Positions 17,627-26,560 of a stretch of DNA of 38,899 bases are shown piece by piece. The first letter of the stretch is position 1. Each line of letters starts with the position of its first letter. Origin of the DNA: Polyangium jinanense (lineage in GTDB: Bacteria > Myxococcota_A > Polyangia > Polyangiales > Polyangiaceae); the NCBI RefSeq assembly GCF_028435265.1, contig NZ_JAGTJK010000012.1, positions 1 through 38,899 on the forward strand, given 5' to 3'. The translations under genes and the position numbers were made by a program. Below the pieces are notes generated by a model that had not been told where the DNA came from, did no database searches, and saw nothing but the letters and a program-made list of their open reading frames with translations.

Positions 17627-17776
17627 CGTCCCATCGCGCGGGTTTTTCCGGGTCATCCCGGCGTGCAGCCCGCGCGATTTTTTCGCGGATCGCGCGTCTT
17701 GCCGTTTCGTTCGGGTCGCCCTAGCCTCGTTCGTAGGCGTGGACCGCGTCCATGCGGCCGCGACCCGGAGGAAATC

Positions 17777-18718
17777 ATGTACGGTCCCAAAGGTCAGAGC
17801 AGTGGCGGTGGACGTCCGTCTGCGGCTCCCAAGAAGATCACCGTGCCGGACATTCGCGCGCGGAAGGCAGGCGGGCCGCCGATCGCGATGGTGACGGCCT
17901 ACGACTTCACGATGGCGCGACTGCTCGACGAGGGCGGCGCGGACATGCTGCTCGTCGGCGATTCGCTCGGCATGGTCGTGCAAGGGCACCCGACGACGCT
18001 GCCTGTGACGGTCGAGGAGATTTGCTACCACGGCCGCGCCGTCGCGCGCGGGGCGCGGCGCGCGCATGTGGTCGGGGACCTACCGTTCATGAGCTTCCAG
18101 CTCTCGCCCATGCAGGCGCTCGAGAGCGCGGGCCGCTTGATGAAGGACGGCGCGTTCGAGAGCGTGAAGATCGAGGGCGGCGAGGAGGTGGCCGAGCACG
18201 TGCGCCGCATCGTCACGGCGGGCATTCCGGTGTGCGCGCACATCGGGCTCACGCCGCAGTCGGTGCACGCGATGGGCGGCTTCAAGGTGCAGGGCAAGGG
18301 CGACGACGCCGCGGCGCGGCTCGTGCGGGACGCGCAGGCGCTCGACGAGGCTGGCGCGTACGCGATCGTGCTCGAAGCGATCCCGCCGGATCTCGCGGAG
18401 GAGATCACGGCGGCCGTGTCTGTCCCGACGATCGGCATCGGCGCGGGCGCGGGGTGTGATGGGCAGGTGCTCGTCTGTTACGACATGCTCGGCATGTACC
18501 CGGATCTGCGCCCGCGCTTCGCGAAGCGTTTCGCCGAGGTGGGCGAGCAGATCATGGCGGCGACGCGGGCGTACGTGGAGGAGGTGCAAGCGCGCACGTT
18601 CCCCGGCGCCGAGCACAGCTTCAAGCCGAACGGCCCGCGCCGCATTCCGCCGCCGGCCGAGCCCGCGGCCGCGACCGCGGTGCTGGAGGAGATCCCTCCG
18701 CACTGGCAGACGCATTGA
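17777..18718 (+). CDS. panB: 3-methyl-2-oxobutanoate hydroxymethyltransferase (ketopantoate hydroxymethyltransferase)
   Basis: ITVPDIRARKAGGPPIAMVTAYDFTMARLLDEGGADMLLVGDSLGMVVQGH...KIEGG...PVCAHIGLTPQS is the PanB signature. RBS GGAGGAAATC before ATG 17777. Roughly 35-aa Pro-rich C-terminal tail. Confidence 0.9.
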   Translation: MYGPKGQSSGGGRPSAAPKKITVPDIRARKAGGPPIAMVTAYDFTMARLLDEGGADMLLVGDSLGMVVQGHPTTLPVTVEEICYHGRAVARGARRAHVVGDLPFMSFQLSPMQALESAGRLMKDGAFESVKIEGGEEVAEHVRRIVTAGIPVCAHIGLTPQSVHAMGGFKVQGKGDDAAARLVRDAQALDEAGAYAIVLEAIPPDLAEEITAAVSVPTIGIGAGAGCDGQVLVCYDMLGMYPDLRPRFAKRFAEVGEQIMAATRAYVEEVQARTFPGAEHSFKPNGPRRIPPPAEPAAATAVLEEIPPHWQTH

Positions 18719-18769
18719 GGTTTGGCGGGGGCGGGCCCGGGATCGGAGCCTGCCCCCGCGCTTTCGGCG

Positions 18770-19789
<1,020 letters not shown>

Positions 19790-19831
19790 GTCCTCACGCC
19801 TCCGAAGCGAGAACGGCGATGCTACCGCGGT

Positions 19832-21865
19832 TCAGACCGTCGTGGACGCCGAACCCTCGCGCTTTTGCCCCACCGCGCGCAGGAACAGCTCCAGCACGAC
19901 GAGCCCGAGCAGCCCGAGCGCGACGTAGGGCGACGCGTCGATCGAGGGCACGACGCCGCCGAGCGCCTCGGCACGCGCCGCGTCGATCACGCGCCGCGGG
20001 CGCAGATCGATCTCGCGCTCGGGGACGGTCGCGACGCGGATCGCGCGCTCGCCGTCGAGACGCACCTCGTACCGACCCCGCAGCGGCGCCACGGCGCGGC
20101 GGCGTCCGTCCTGCTCCACGACCGGGATCGGCCGCCGCGCTTCGCCTGTGCGGAGCGGCAATCGCTCGATCGACACGTCCTTGAACCCGTCGAACGTGAA
20201 CGCGTCGCCGACGTCGATCTGCCGCGCCCCGCCCCGCGCCCGCGCCGTGCCCACGAAGCGGTCGAGCAGGGCGAGGAATGCCGGCCGCAGGACGAAGTCG
20301 CTCTCGTCCACGGTGAGCGGCAGCGAGAGCGCGAAGACGGCGCCGCGGCCGAGCGAGCGGCGCAGGAGCAGGGGCGCGCCGTCGTCCCAGCGCGCGAGCA
20401 TGTCCGCGTTCGTCGCGGCGGCCGGATCGAAGGACGCGCGTCCGTCGGGCGAGAGCTTGCCGAGGCCCTCCGCGCTCGGCCCGAAAAACACCGCGCTCGC
20501 GGGATCGGCGCCCTGGGACGGACTCGGCCCCCAGCGCACCACGCCTGGCACGAGCGGATCGAACCCCGCCCCGAGTGGCGCTGTCGCCGCGCGCGGCCCG
20601 AACGTCAAGAGCAGCACGCCCCCGCGCTCGACCCACGCCGAAAGCGAGCGCCGACCCTCCGGCGTGAAGCCCGGCACGTCATCGACGATGAGCCCGGCAA
20701 ACGCGGCGAGCTCATCCGCGTGGTCCGGCACCGCGGGCAGCGGCCGCACCTCCGCGTCGAGGTGCATCGCCGTGAGGGCCTGCTCGATCGGCGGCGGCCC
20801 GCCCGTGGCCACGTGCGTCGAGGCCACGTCCACCACGACCGCGATTGGCAGCGCCCCGCCGGCCGGCACGACCGGGGCCTCGTCGTCCTCCAGGATCGCG
20901 TCGCCCGGCGTCAGCCCGACCGTCAGGTCCTCCGGCGCTCCTTCCGGCACGTCGAGCGCGACCTCCTCGGCGCGGACGGACGGCCCGAGCGGCGCCGACG
21001 CGAGCACCTTCCCCTCGGCCCGCAGCTCCACCGCGCGGCCCGCCGAGGCCGAGATCACCGCCGCGCCCTCGCCGGCCGGCCGCGCCTCGGGGCTGCACAC
21101 GACCCGCGCCCGCACCTTGCCCGAGCGCAGATCCGCGCGTGTCACGGCGCAATCGCGGTCTGTGGCTTCGAGCTCCGGCAGCGGCACCCACAACGTCGTG
21201 TCCGAGCCGCCGCCGAGGGGCGTGGCGTTCGGCGCTCCATCGGCGAGGTCGCTCAGGAGCACCACCCGCCGATCGGCGTGCGGAACGCTGCGCAGAAGCT
21301 CCCGCGCCAGGGCCAGCGCGCCATCCAGATCCGTCGCGCGATCCGACGGCTCGATCCCATCGAGCGCGCCCGTCACGGCCGCCATGTTCGTCGTGGACGC
21401 GAGTGCCACGCGCGCGGGCGCGCCCCCGAGGACCACGGCCACCGCATCGCCGCTGCGCAGGCCCGTGGCGAGCTCGCGCGCCGAGGCGAGGGCCCGATCG
21501 AACTTCGTCCGTTTCCCCGGCGCGGCCGTTCCGCCCTCCAGCGGCGCGCGCATGCTCAGCGAATCGTCGATCACGATCGCGAGCGCCACCGAGGCTCCGT
21601 CTTTTCGCTCCAGGCCGAGCCGCGCGCACCGCACGAACGGCGTCGCGCCGAGCACCGCGAGCAAGAGCACGCTGAGCGCTCGCACCGCGAAGAGCGAGCG
21701 ATCCTCCAGCATGCTCCGCCGCCGGGCCAATGGCTTCGTCGGCGGAACGAGCTTCGCGGGCGGGAAGGGTTGCTCCTCGGCTTGCCTTCGCCGGAGCAGG
21801 TGCGCTGCGACCGGCGCGGCGACGAGCAGCGCCACGAGCAGCGCGGCGATCGTGGCGAAGCTCAT
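19832..21865 (-). CDS. BatA-like vWA-domain membrane protein (aerotolerance-operon type)
   Basis: N-terminus MSFATIAALLVALLVAAPVAAHLLRRRQAEEQPFPP...RSLFAVRALSVLLLAVLGATPF matches the BatA N-terminal double-TM domain. vWA MIDAS motif VIDDSLSM. Start overlaps the upstream DUF58 stop (ATGA). Confidence 0.85.
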   Translation of the reverse strand: MSFATIAALLVALLVAAPVAAHLLRRRQAEEQPFPPAKLVPPTKPLARRRSMLEDRSLFAVRALSVLLLAVLGATPFVRCARLGLERKDGASVALAIVIDDSLSMRAPLEGGTAAPGKRTKFDRALASARELATGLRSGDAVAVVLGGAPARVALASTTNMAAVTGALDGIEPSDRATDLDGALALARELLRSVPHADRRVVLLSDLADGAPNATPLGGGSDTTLWVPLPELEATDRDCAVTRADLRSGKVRARVVCSPEARPAGEGAAVISASAGRAVELRAEGKVLASAPLGPSVRAEEVALDVPEGAPEDLTVGLTPGDAILEDDEAPVVPAGGALPIAVVVDVASTHVATGGPPPIEQALTAMHLDAEVRPLPAVPDHADELAAFAGLIVDDVPGFTPEGRRSLSAWVERGGVLLLTFGPRAATAPLGAGFDPLVPGVVRWGPSPSQGADPASAVFFGPSAEGLGKLSPDGRASFDPAAATNADMLARWDDGAPLLLRRSLGRGAVFALSLPLTVDESDFVLRPAFLALLDRFVGTARARGGARQIDVGDAFTFDGFKDVSIERLPLRTGEARRPIPVVEQDGRRRAVAPLRGRYEVRLDGERAIRVATVPEREIDLRPRRVIDAARAEALGGVVPSIDASPYVALGLLGLVVLELFLRAVGQKREGSASTTV

Positions 21866-22797
21866 GCGCGCGCCTCGGCCACGGCGCGCACCACTTCGCG
21901 CACCACGTCGGCGGGAGGCTTGTCCGTGACAGACTCCACCCAGCGCCCGCCCCTTCCGGAAAGCTCCGTCGACCAGCGCTCGGCGATCCCGGCGAGCCGC
22001 TCGCGGTAGACCGCGCGCACCTCCTCGGCGTCGGTCTCCACGACCACGTCGCCCTCGCTCGCGCGGAGCCGCACGTGCCCGGAGAAGCCGAGATCCGCCT
22101 CGTTCGGGTCGAGCACCCGCAGCGCCACGAGCGAGCGCCCGCCGGCTGCGAGCGCCGAAAATGCCGACAGCGCCCGCTCCGGCAGGTCCACGAAATCGCT
22201 CACGAGCACGATCACCGCGCCTCGCCGCGCCCGCCGTGCCACCGGGGCGAGGGCCCGCTCCATCGCCGCCTCGTCCGTGCTCGCGTCACCCGCGGCCGCG
22301 GCCCCTTCGAGCGCCCCGGCCACCCGATCGAACGCCTCGCGCCCGCTCGACGCTGGCAGCGGCAGCGTCCCGCGCCCGCCGATCCACGCGAGGCCCACGG
22401 GATCCCCCGTCGACAGCGCCACGCGTGCCAGCGCCGCGGCCACGAGCGCCCCGTAGGCGAGCTTCGCGCCTGGGGCCCGGCTGCTGCGGTAGGCCATCGA
22501 CGCCGTCGCGTCCACACAGAGCCAGAGCGCGCGATCCGTCTCCGTCTCGAACTCGCGCACCATCATCCGGTCGTGCCGGAGCAGCGCGCGCCGGTCGAAG
22601 AACCGGAGATCGTCGCCGGGCACGTAGGGCCTGTGCCCGCCGAACTCCACGCCGGGCCCTTTGCGCACGCTCCGGTGCCCGCCGGCGTAGACGCCCTCGG
22701 CCAGCGTCCGGGCCCTGAGGCGCAGCGGCGCGAGGCTACCCCAGTCGATGGGGATCCCATCTCTTCCGGAGCGCGACGAAGGGCGAAGCTCGGCCAT
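21862..22797 (-). CDS. DUF58-family protein (vWA-like; normally partner of a MoxR AAA+ ATPase)
   Basis: GIPIDWGSLAPLRLRARTLAEGVYAGGHRSVRKGPGVEFGGHRPYVPGDDLRFFDRRALLRHDRMMVREFE is the DUF58 signature block. Start set at ATG 22797 (conserved block begins 12 aa later) rather than the ORF-track start 23067. Confidence 0.85.
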   Translation of the reverse strand: MAELRPSSRSGRDGIPIDWGSLAPLRLRARTLAEGVYAGGHRSVRKGPGVEFGGHRPYVPGDDLRFFDRRALLRHDRMMVREFETETDRALWLCVDATASMAYRSSRAPGAKLAYGALVAAALARVALSTGDPVGLAWIGGRGTLPLPASSGREAFDRVAGALEGAAAAGDASTDEAAMERALAPVARRARRGAVIVLVSDFVDLPERALSAFSALAAGGRSLVALRVLDPNEADLGFSGHVRLRASEGDVVVETDAEEVRAVYRERLAGIAERWSTELSGRGGRWVESVTDKPPADVVREVVRAVAEARA

Positions 22798-22863
22798 GGG
22801 GACGGTTGAATTAGCCCAACACGACGGGCCCGCCACGACAAAACTTGTGGCAAGGAGAGGACC

Positions 22864-23265
22864 GTGCGCGTGTTCTTCTGCGGCCCTTTCCGCGTGTTCC
22901 TCCTCGCCGCGTTCCTCCCGGCGTGTCGCGGCGGCGACGCCCCCGAGGCCACGCCCGCGCCCGCTCCCCCCGATACCGCATTCTCCGCCGCGCCCTCGGC
23001 CGCGCCCCCGCGCCGCCCGACGATTCGCCATTACCTCGCCCGCACGGCCGAGCGATGCGAGGTTCATTCGGTCGACCGGGACGTCGTCTCCCCGGCCACG
23101 CAGACCCCTTGCCCGCAGGATTTACAGGTCGGCGAGCGCATTCGCGTGATGGGGAAATCGTGTTTGCGGGAGGGGAGCACCGAGCGGACGCAGCCGGTGG
23201 TTTGTCCGGGGGCGCTGCTTTCGGCGGCGCGGGAGCCTCCGGGTCCGGACGGCGGGGCGCCCTGA
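22864..23265 (+). CDS. Small putative lipoprotein (133 aa)
   Basis: GTG start 22864 preceded by AAGGAGAGG. N-terminus MRVFFCGPFRVFLLAAFLPAC (signal plus non-canonical lipobox LPAC). Non-repetitive body with 4 further Cys. Confidence 0.4.
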   Translation: MRVFFCGPFRVFLLAAFLPACRGGDAPEATPAPAPPDTAFSAAPSAAPPRRPTIRHYLARTAERCEVHSVDRDVVSPATQTPCPQDLQVGERIRVMGKSCLREGSTERTQPVVCPGALLSAAREPPGPDGGAP

Positions 23266-23266
23266 A

Positions 23267-24268
23267 TCAGCACCCCCCACGCAGCGCCAGGCGGAGCGGC
23301 TTCGCCACGGAGTCCGCGCCGAACCGGCGTGTTTCGATGATGGGCGAGTCGCACTCCACCAGCATGACCTGATGCACCAGCGCGCCCTCGCCGGTGCGCA
23401 CCACAGTGCTCTTCAGCCGCGTCGCGCGCCAGGGAACCCAGGCCTCGGCGCCGTCGTCGCAGCGCACGGGGGCATAACGCAGCATGAACGGACGGATCAA
23501 GTCCTTGTGCGACGCCGAGAACACGCGTCCACGGGGGAGCTTGCAGCGCGACTCTAGCGCCGCAATGGCACGCTCCCGCCGCTCTCTCTGTTCGGGCAGG
23601 CTGACCCATTTCTGCGCGAGTGCCTCGTCGAGAGCCTCTTCGGTCTTCTCGAGATCTTCTTTCGAGAACGCGGCCGTATCCTCGGCGAGCTCGACCGCGC
23701 TTGAGCGACTGTCCTTCGGCTGGATTTTTCGCGACGCTGCGTCCTCGGGCGAGGCGAGCTCGACGAGCTCGGTCGGACCGGACAAGCGCGCCTGATATTG
23801 CTCGGCCTGGTCCTTGCGCTCGAAGAGCCCAGCCACGACCGCGAGCCCTTTGCGCTTGGGATCGGCGAGCGGCAGATCGTCCAGCGTCGTGACGAACGGG
23901 TATCCCGTCGCGAGCTCCCCGGTCCCCCCGCTGCGGAGTGCCGCTTCGGCCGCATGGGCGTCGACGGCGACGCCGAGGAAGAGTGCATAACGCGGCGCGC
24001 TTTTCTTGCATTCCTCGTCGAGATAAACATCGAGGTGGCAGAAGCCAGCCGGCAAGACATCCTCGGCGGGGATGGGGCGCAGCGCCAGCGTGGGTGCTGG
24101 AGGCGGAGCGGTCGCGGCGGACGCCGGCGCGGCGCTGGTCGTGGAAGCGGTACTCGGCAGGGTTGCTGCCCTGGGGACGACCTGCTGTCCGGCATTGGAT
24201 GACGAGCACGCCGACAGGGACAGGGATACGCACAGCACGACGGTGAATGGCAGGGCAGGTCGATCCAT
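23267..24268 (-). CDS. Putative lipoprotein, unknown function (334 aa)
   Basis: MDRPALPFTVVLCVSLSLSAC lipobox signal then Ser/Thr/Ala/Pro-rich linker and a mixed-composition, Lys/Glu/Phe/Tyr-containing body. The overlapping 413-aa ORF in another frame is Arg-rich and rejected. Upstream in-frame ATG 24322 possible. Confidence 0.6.
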   Translation of the reverse strand: MDRPALPFTVVLCVSLSLSACSSSNAGQQVVPRAATLPSTASTTSAAPASAATAPPPAPTLALRPIPAEDVLPAGFCHLDVYLDEECKKSAPRYALFLGVAVDAHAAEAALRSGGTGELATGYPFVTTLDDLPLADPKRKGLAVVAGLFERKDQAEQYQARLSGPTELVELASPEDAASRKIQPKDSRSSAVELAEDTAAFSKEDLEKTEEALDEALAQKWVSLPEQRERRERAIAALESRCKLPRGRVFSASHKDLIRPFMLRYAPVRCDDGAEAWVPWRATRLKSTVVRTGEGALVHQVMLVECDSPIIETRRFGADSVAKPLRLALRGGC

Positions 24269-24325
24269 GAGGAAAGGCGCTACCACGAGAGATCGGGGAG
24301 CGCAATTCTCACGCCTTGCCACGGC

Positions 24326-24366
24326 TCACGAGAGCAGCTACCCACCTCGCATGCGCGTCGCTTCCG
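24326..24366 (+). repeat. Leader/start-codon repeat, copy A (5' end of BNR lipoprotein gene)
   Basis: ctcacgagagcagctacccacctcgcATGcgcgtcgcttcc. 36/41 identical to copy B at 25038-25078. Confidence 0.6.
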
Positions 24367-24968
24367 TTCTGCTGTTGCTCGCGGGCGTCTTTTCCTGCGC
24401 AATCACCCCCCCGGCCAGCGCTCCCCCGCGTTCCCGCGGGTCGGGGATCGAGCCCGCGACACGAGCATCGCCCGAGGTCCCGGCCGATGAGGTCCGCTTT
24501 CGTCTCCCGCTCCCGCCGCCGGAAACGGGCCGCCTCGTCTTCTTCGATGTCCGCCCCGACCCGCTGCACAGCTTTCCTGCCGTCGCGATCGAGAGCGCCG
24601 GACGTCCGGTGCAGACGGTCGTGCTCGACGGCCCTGACAACGAGCAAATGGGTTGGGAGGCCGTCGCGCGGGCCGGCGAGGCTTCCCGCGAGGTCATCGG
24701 CGTCCTGGACAATCGAATCGAGTCGCCGGGCTGGGACCTGGTCATCGTTGCTTCGACCGATTCCGGCCGCACCTGGGCGCGCCGTGCGACCCTCCGCAAG
24801 GTCTACTACATGGCAACGGTGGAGTCGCTGATTGCGCGATCGCGGGATCATTTCGATCTCGTCCTCCGGCTCGACGACGACTATGGCGCAGGCGTCGCGC
24901 CCGGCCGATATGTCGCTTCGACCGAGGACCGGGGATCTTCGTGGTCTCCGTTCGTCATTGCGCGTTGA
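24351..24968 (+). CDS. Small secreted/lipo-protein with two BNR (Asp-box) motifs
   Basis: MRVASVLLLLAGVFSCAI signal. STDSGRTW and STEDRGSSW match the SxDxGxTW BNR/Asp-box consensus. ORF-track start 24072 is upstream, within the opposite-strand lipoprotein gene (23267..24268), so ATG 24351 was chosen. Confidence 0.55.
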   Translation: MRVASVLLLLAGVFSCAITPPASAPPRSRGSGIEPATRASPEVPADEVRFRLPLPPPETGRLVFFDVRPDPLHSFPAVAIESAGRPVQTVVLDGPDNEQMGWEAVARAGEASREVIGVLDNRIESPGWDLVIVASTDSGRTWARRATLRKVYYMATVESLIARSRDHFDLVLRLDDDYGAGVAPGRYVASTEDRGSSWSPFVIAR

Positions 24969-25037
24969 CGCCAGACTTCCAGCCATGTCGCCCCTGAAGG
25001 CGAAGGCCAGGAAAGAACGCCCCGCTGTCCGGCATTC

Positions 25038-25101
25038 TCACGAGAGCAGCGACCCGCCTCGCATGCGCGTCCGCTCCCTGTTTTCACGCTGGACTGCGTA
25101 G
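25038..25101 (+). repeat. Leader/start-codon repeat, copy B, with 13-codon truncated ORF (MRVRSLFSRWTA*)
   Basis: ctcacgagagcagcgacccgcctcgcATGcgcgtccgctcc, then stop at 25099-25101. Preceded by attctcacg as in copy A. Confidence 0.6.
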
Positions 25102-25638
25102 GCCTCCCGCTCCCGCCCTACGCTGGTTCGTGGAACACACGCCCGGGCCACCCGGCCGCCCCCTGTTTCGCGGAAAAGCTCTGACCGTCGTCGCGTCCGC
25201 CGACGGTTCGGCTCCGTGACCGTCCCGGGCTCGACCTCCGCGCTGGAATTCCTTTGCGAAACAGCGCCGGGCCGTCTCGCCAGCCAGCCGTTGTTTTCCG
25301 CAACCACGCCGGGACGCGGACGCGGCCCATCGTTGTTTCTGCCGGAAGCGACGAGGGCCCGAGCGCCGATCCTGTCCTGCCGCGGAACGATTCCCGGCCC
25401 GCCGCGCTTCTCCCCGTTCGGCAGCCGAACAGGCCCCGTCCTCCGAGGCCCGAGCCAGTCTGGGCGGCTTCGAAAGGATGTGCTCGGCGCGCCGTTGCTG
25501 TCTCACGGGCTCGCTTCCCTCGACATCAACGGAACACGATAGCGTCCCATGCTCTGCACCCACCCACGCCGAGCTGGCGTGGCGTGGTCCGTCACATTTG
25601 TCTTGACCGTCCATGGCGGCCTGGGTAGCGTCCCCACG

Positions 25639-26514
25639 ATGGCAGCTCGCATTCTTTCCTATCGCATCGGTCTTTTCACGCTCCTCCGGGAGCTGCAATA
25701 CACCCTTTCCCACGCGCGCCAGGAGCCTCTCGCCGCGGTTTATGTGCCGGTCTTCCAGGAGCTCCGCGAGGAATGGAAGCTCGTCCTCCTCGAAGAAATC
25801 GAGATCCTCGATGGGATGTCGCAGGCGCAAGCCGCCGTCGACAAGGCCGACGGCGGGCTCGACGTCTTCGCCGGGCGTGCCTCGCGTGGCATTGACGACA
25901 CCACCGAAGGCCCTACGCGCAAGCAGCTCCGCACCGCGCTTTTCAAGAACAAGCCGCTCGGGAAGTTCCGCCGGCCCGTCCTCGCCGGACAGCTCGACAA
26001 CATGAGCGACTGGGCCGAGACGCTCGCGAAATGCGGCGTGCCCGCGCTCGTGGCCATGGCGCCCGAGGCGGAGACCCTCGTCTTCGCGGGCAAAGACGCC
26101 GAGCAATTGCGAAAGACCGCGCAGTCGAGCAATCGCGATTTCCGCGATGTCGGCAGGCGCAAGCAGTTCATCGACAAGGTCAACGCCGCCCGCAAAGAGG
26201 CGCACGGCGGGCTCGGAAAGCTGCCCTTCCAAAACCCCGCGCTCCCGCACGATTTCGCCGACGGTTTCTTCTACAGCGAGCCGCCTCGCGAGCAGGAGGA
26301 GACGATCGACGAGGTCAAGGCGGCGATCGCCGAGCTCACCGCCCAGCTCGAAGAGCGCAACGCCCTCCTGAAGAAGCTCGAAGAAGAAGCCGAGGCCGAG
26401 GCCCGCGCCGCCGAGGAGCGGCAGGCCCGGGCGCAGGCGGCCGAGGAGCTCGAAGCGCAGGCGAAAGCGCTGCTCGAACAGGCCGCCGCGCTCAGGGCGA
26501 AGGCCAGGAAATAA
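25639..26514 (+). CDS. Hypothetical protein with C-terminal coiled-coil (291 aa)
   Basis: MAARILSYRIGLFTLLRELQYTLSHARQEPL... mixed composition (K, F, Y, W, N present). C-terminal ELTAQLEERNALLKKLEEEAEAEARAAEERQARAQAAEELEAQAKALLEQAAALRAKARK coiled-coil. The antisense 388-aa ORF is Arg/Gly-rich and rejected. Confidence 0.6.
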   Translation: MAARILSYRIGLFTLLRELQYTLSHARQEPLAAVYVPVFQELREEWKLVLLEEIEILDGMSQAQAAVDKADGGLDVFAGRASRGIDDTTEGPTRKQLRTALFKNKPLGKFRRPVLAGQLDNMSDWAETLAKCGVPALVAMAPEAETLVFAGKDAEQLRKTAQSSNRDFRDVGRRKQFIDKVNAARKEAHGGLGKLPFQNPALPHDFADGFFYSEPPREQEETIDEVKAAIAELTAQLEERNALLKKLEEEAEAEARAAEERQARAQAAEELEAQAKALLEQAAALRAKARK

Positions 26515-26560
26515 CGCCTCGCGCCCGGCCCTCCTCCACAGCCCTTGCCCGCCACGCGCG

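Noticed and set aside
16184-18067. 627-aa minus-strand ORF
   Set aside because: Antisense to the MYXO-CTERM protein gene and panB.
21862-23067. ORF-track start at 23067 for the DUF58 gene (401 aa)
   Set aside because: The first 90 residues are Gly/Arg low-complexity and would overlap the divergent lipoprotein gene. The conserved DUF58 block begins just after Met91 (ATG 22797).
23064-24305. 413-aa minus-strand ORF overlapping the 23267-24268 lipoprotein in another frame
   Set aside because: Arg-rich off-frame artefact. The alternative frame gives a signal peptide/lipobox and a balanced composition.
25590-25640. Possible sigma-54 promoter (TGGCGG...GTAGCG) upstream of the 25639 gene
   Set aside because: GG-to-GC spacing is 13 rather than 12 and it overlaps the start codon. 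The sigma-70-like TTGACC-17-TAGCGT reading fits better.
25084-26250. 388-aa minus-strand ORF
   Set aside because: Antisense to the better-supported plus-strand gene 25639-26514. Arg/Gly-rich.
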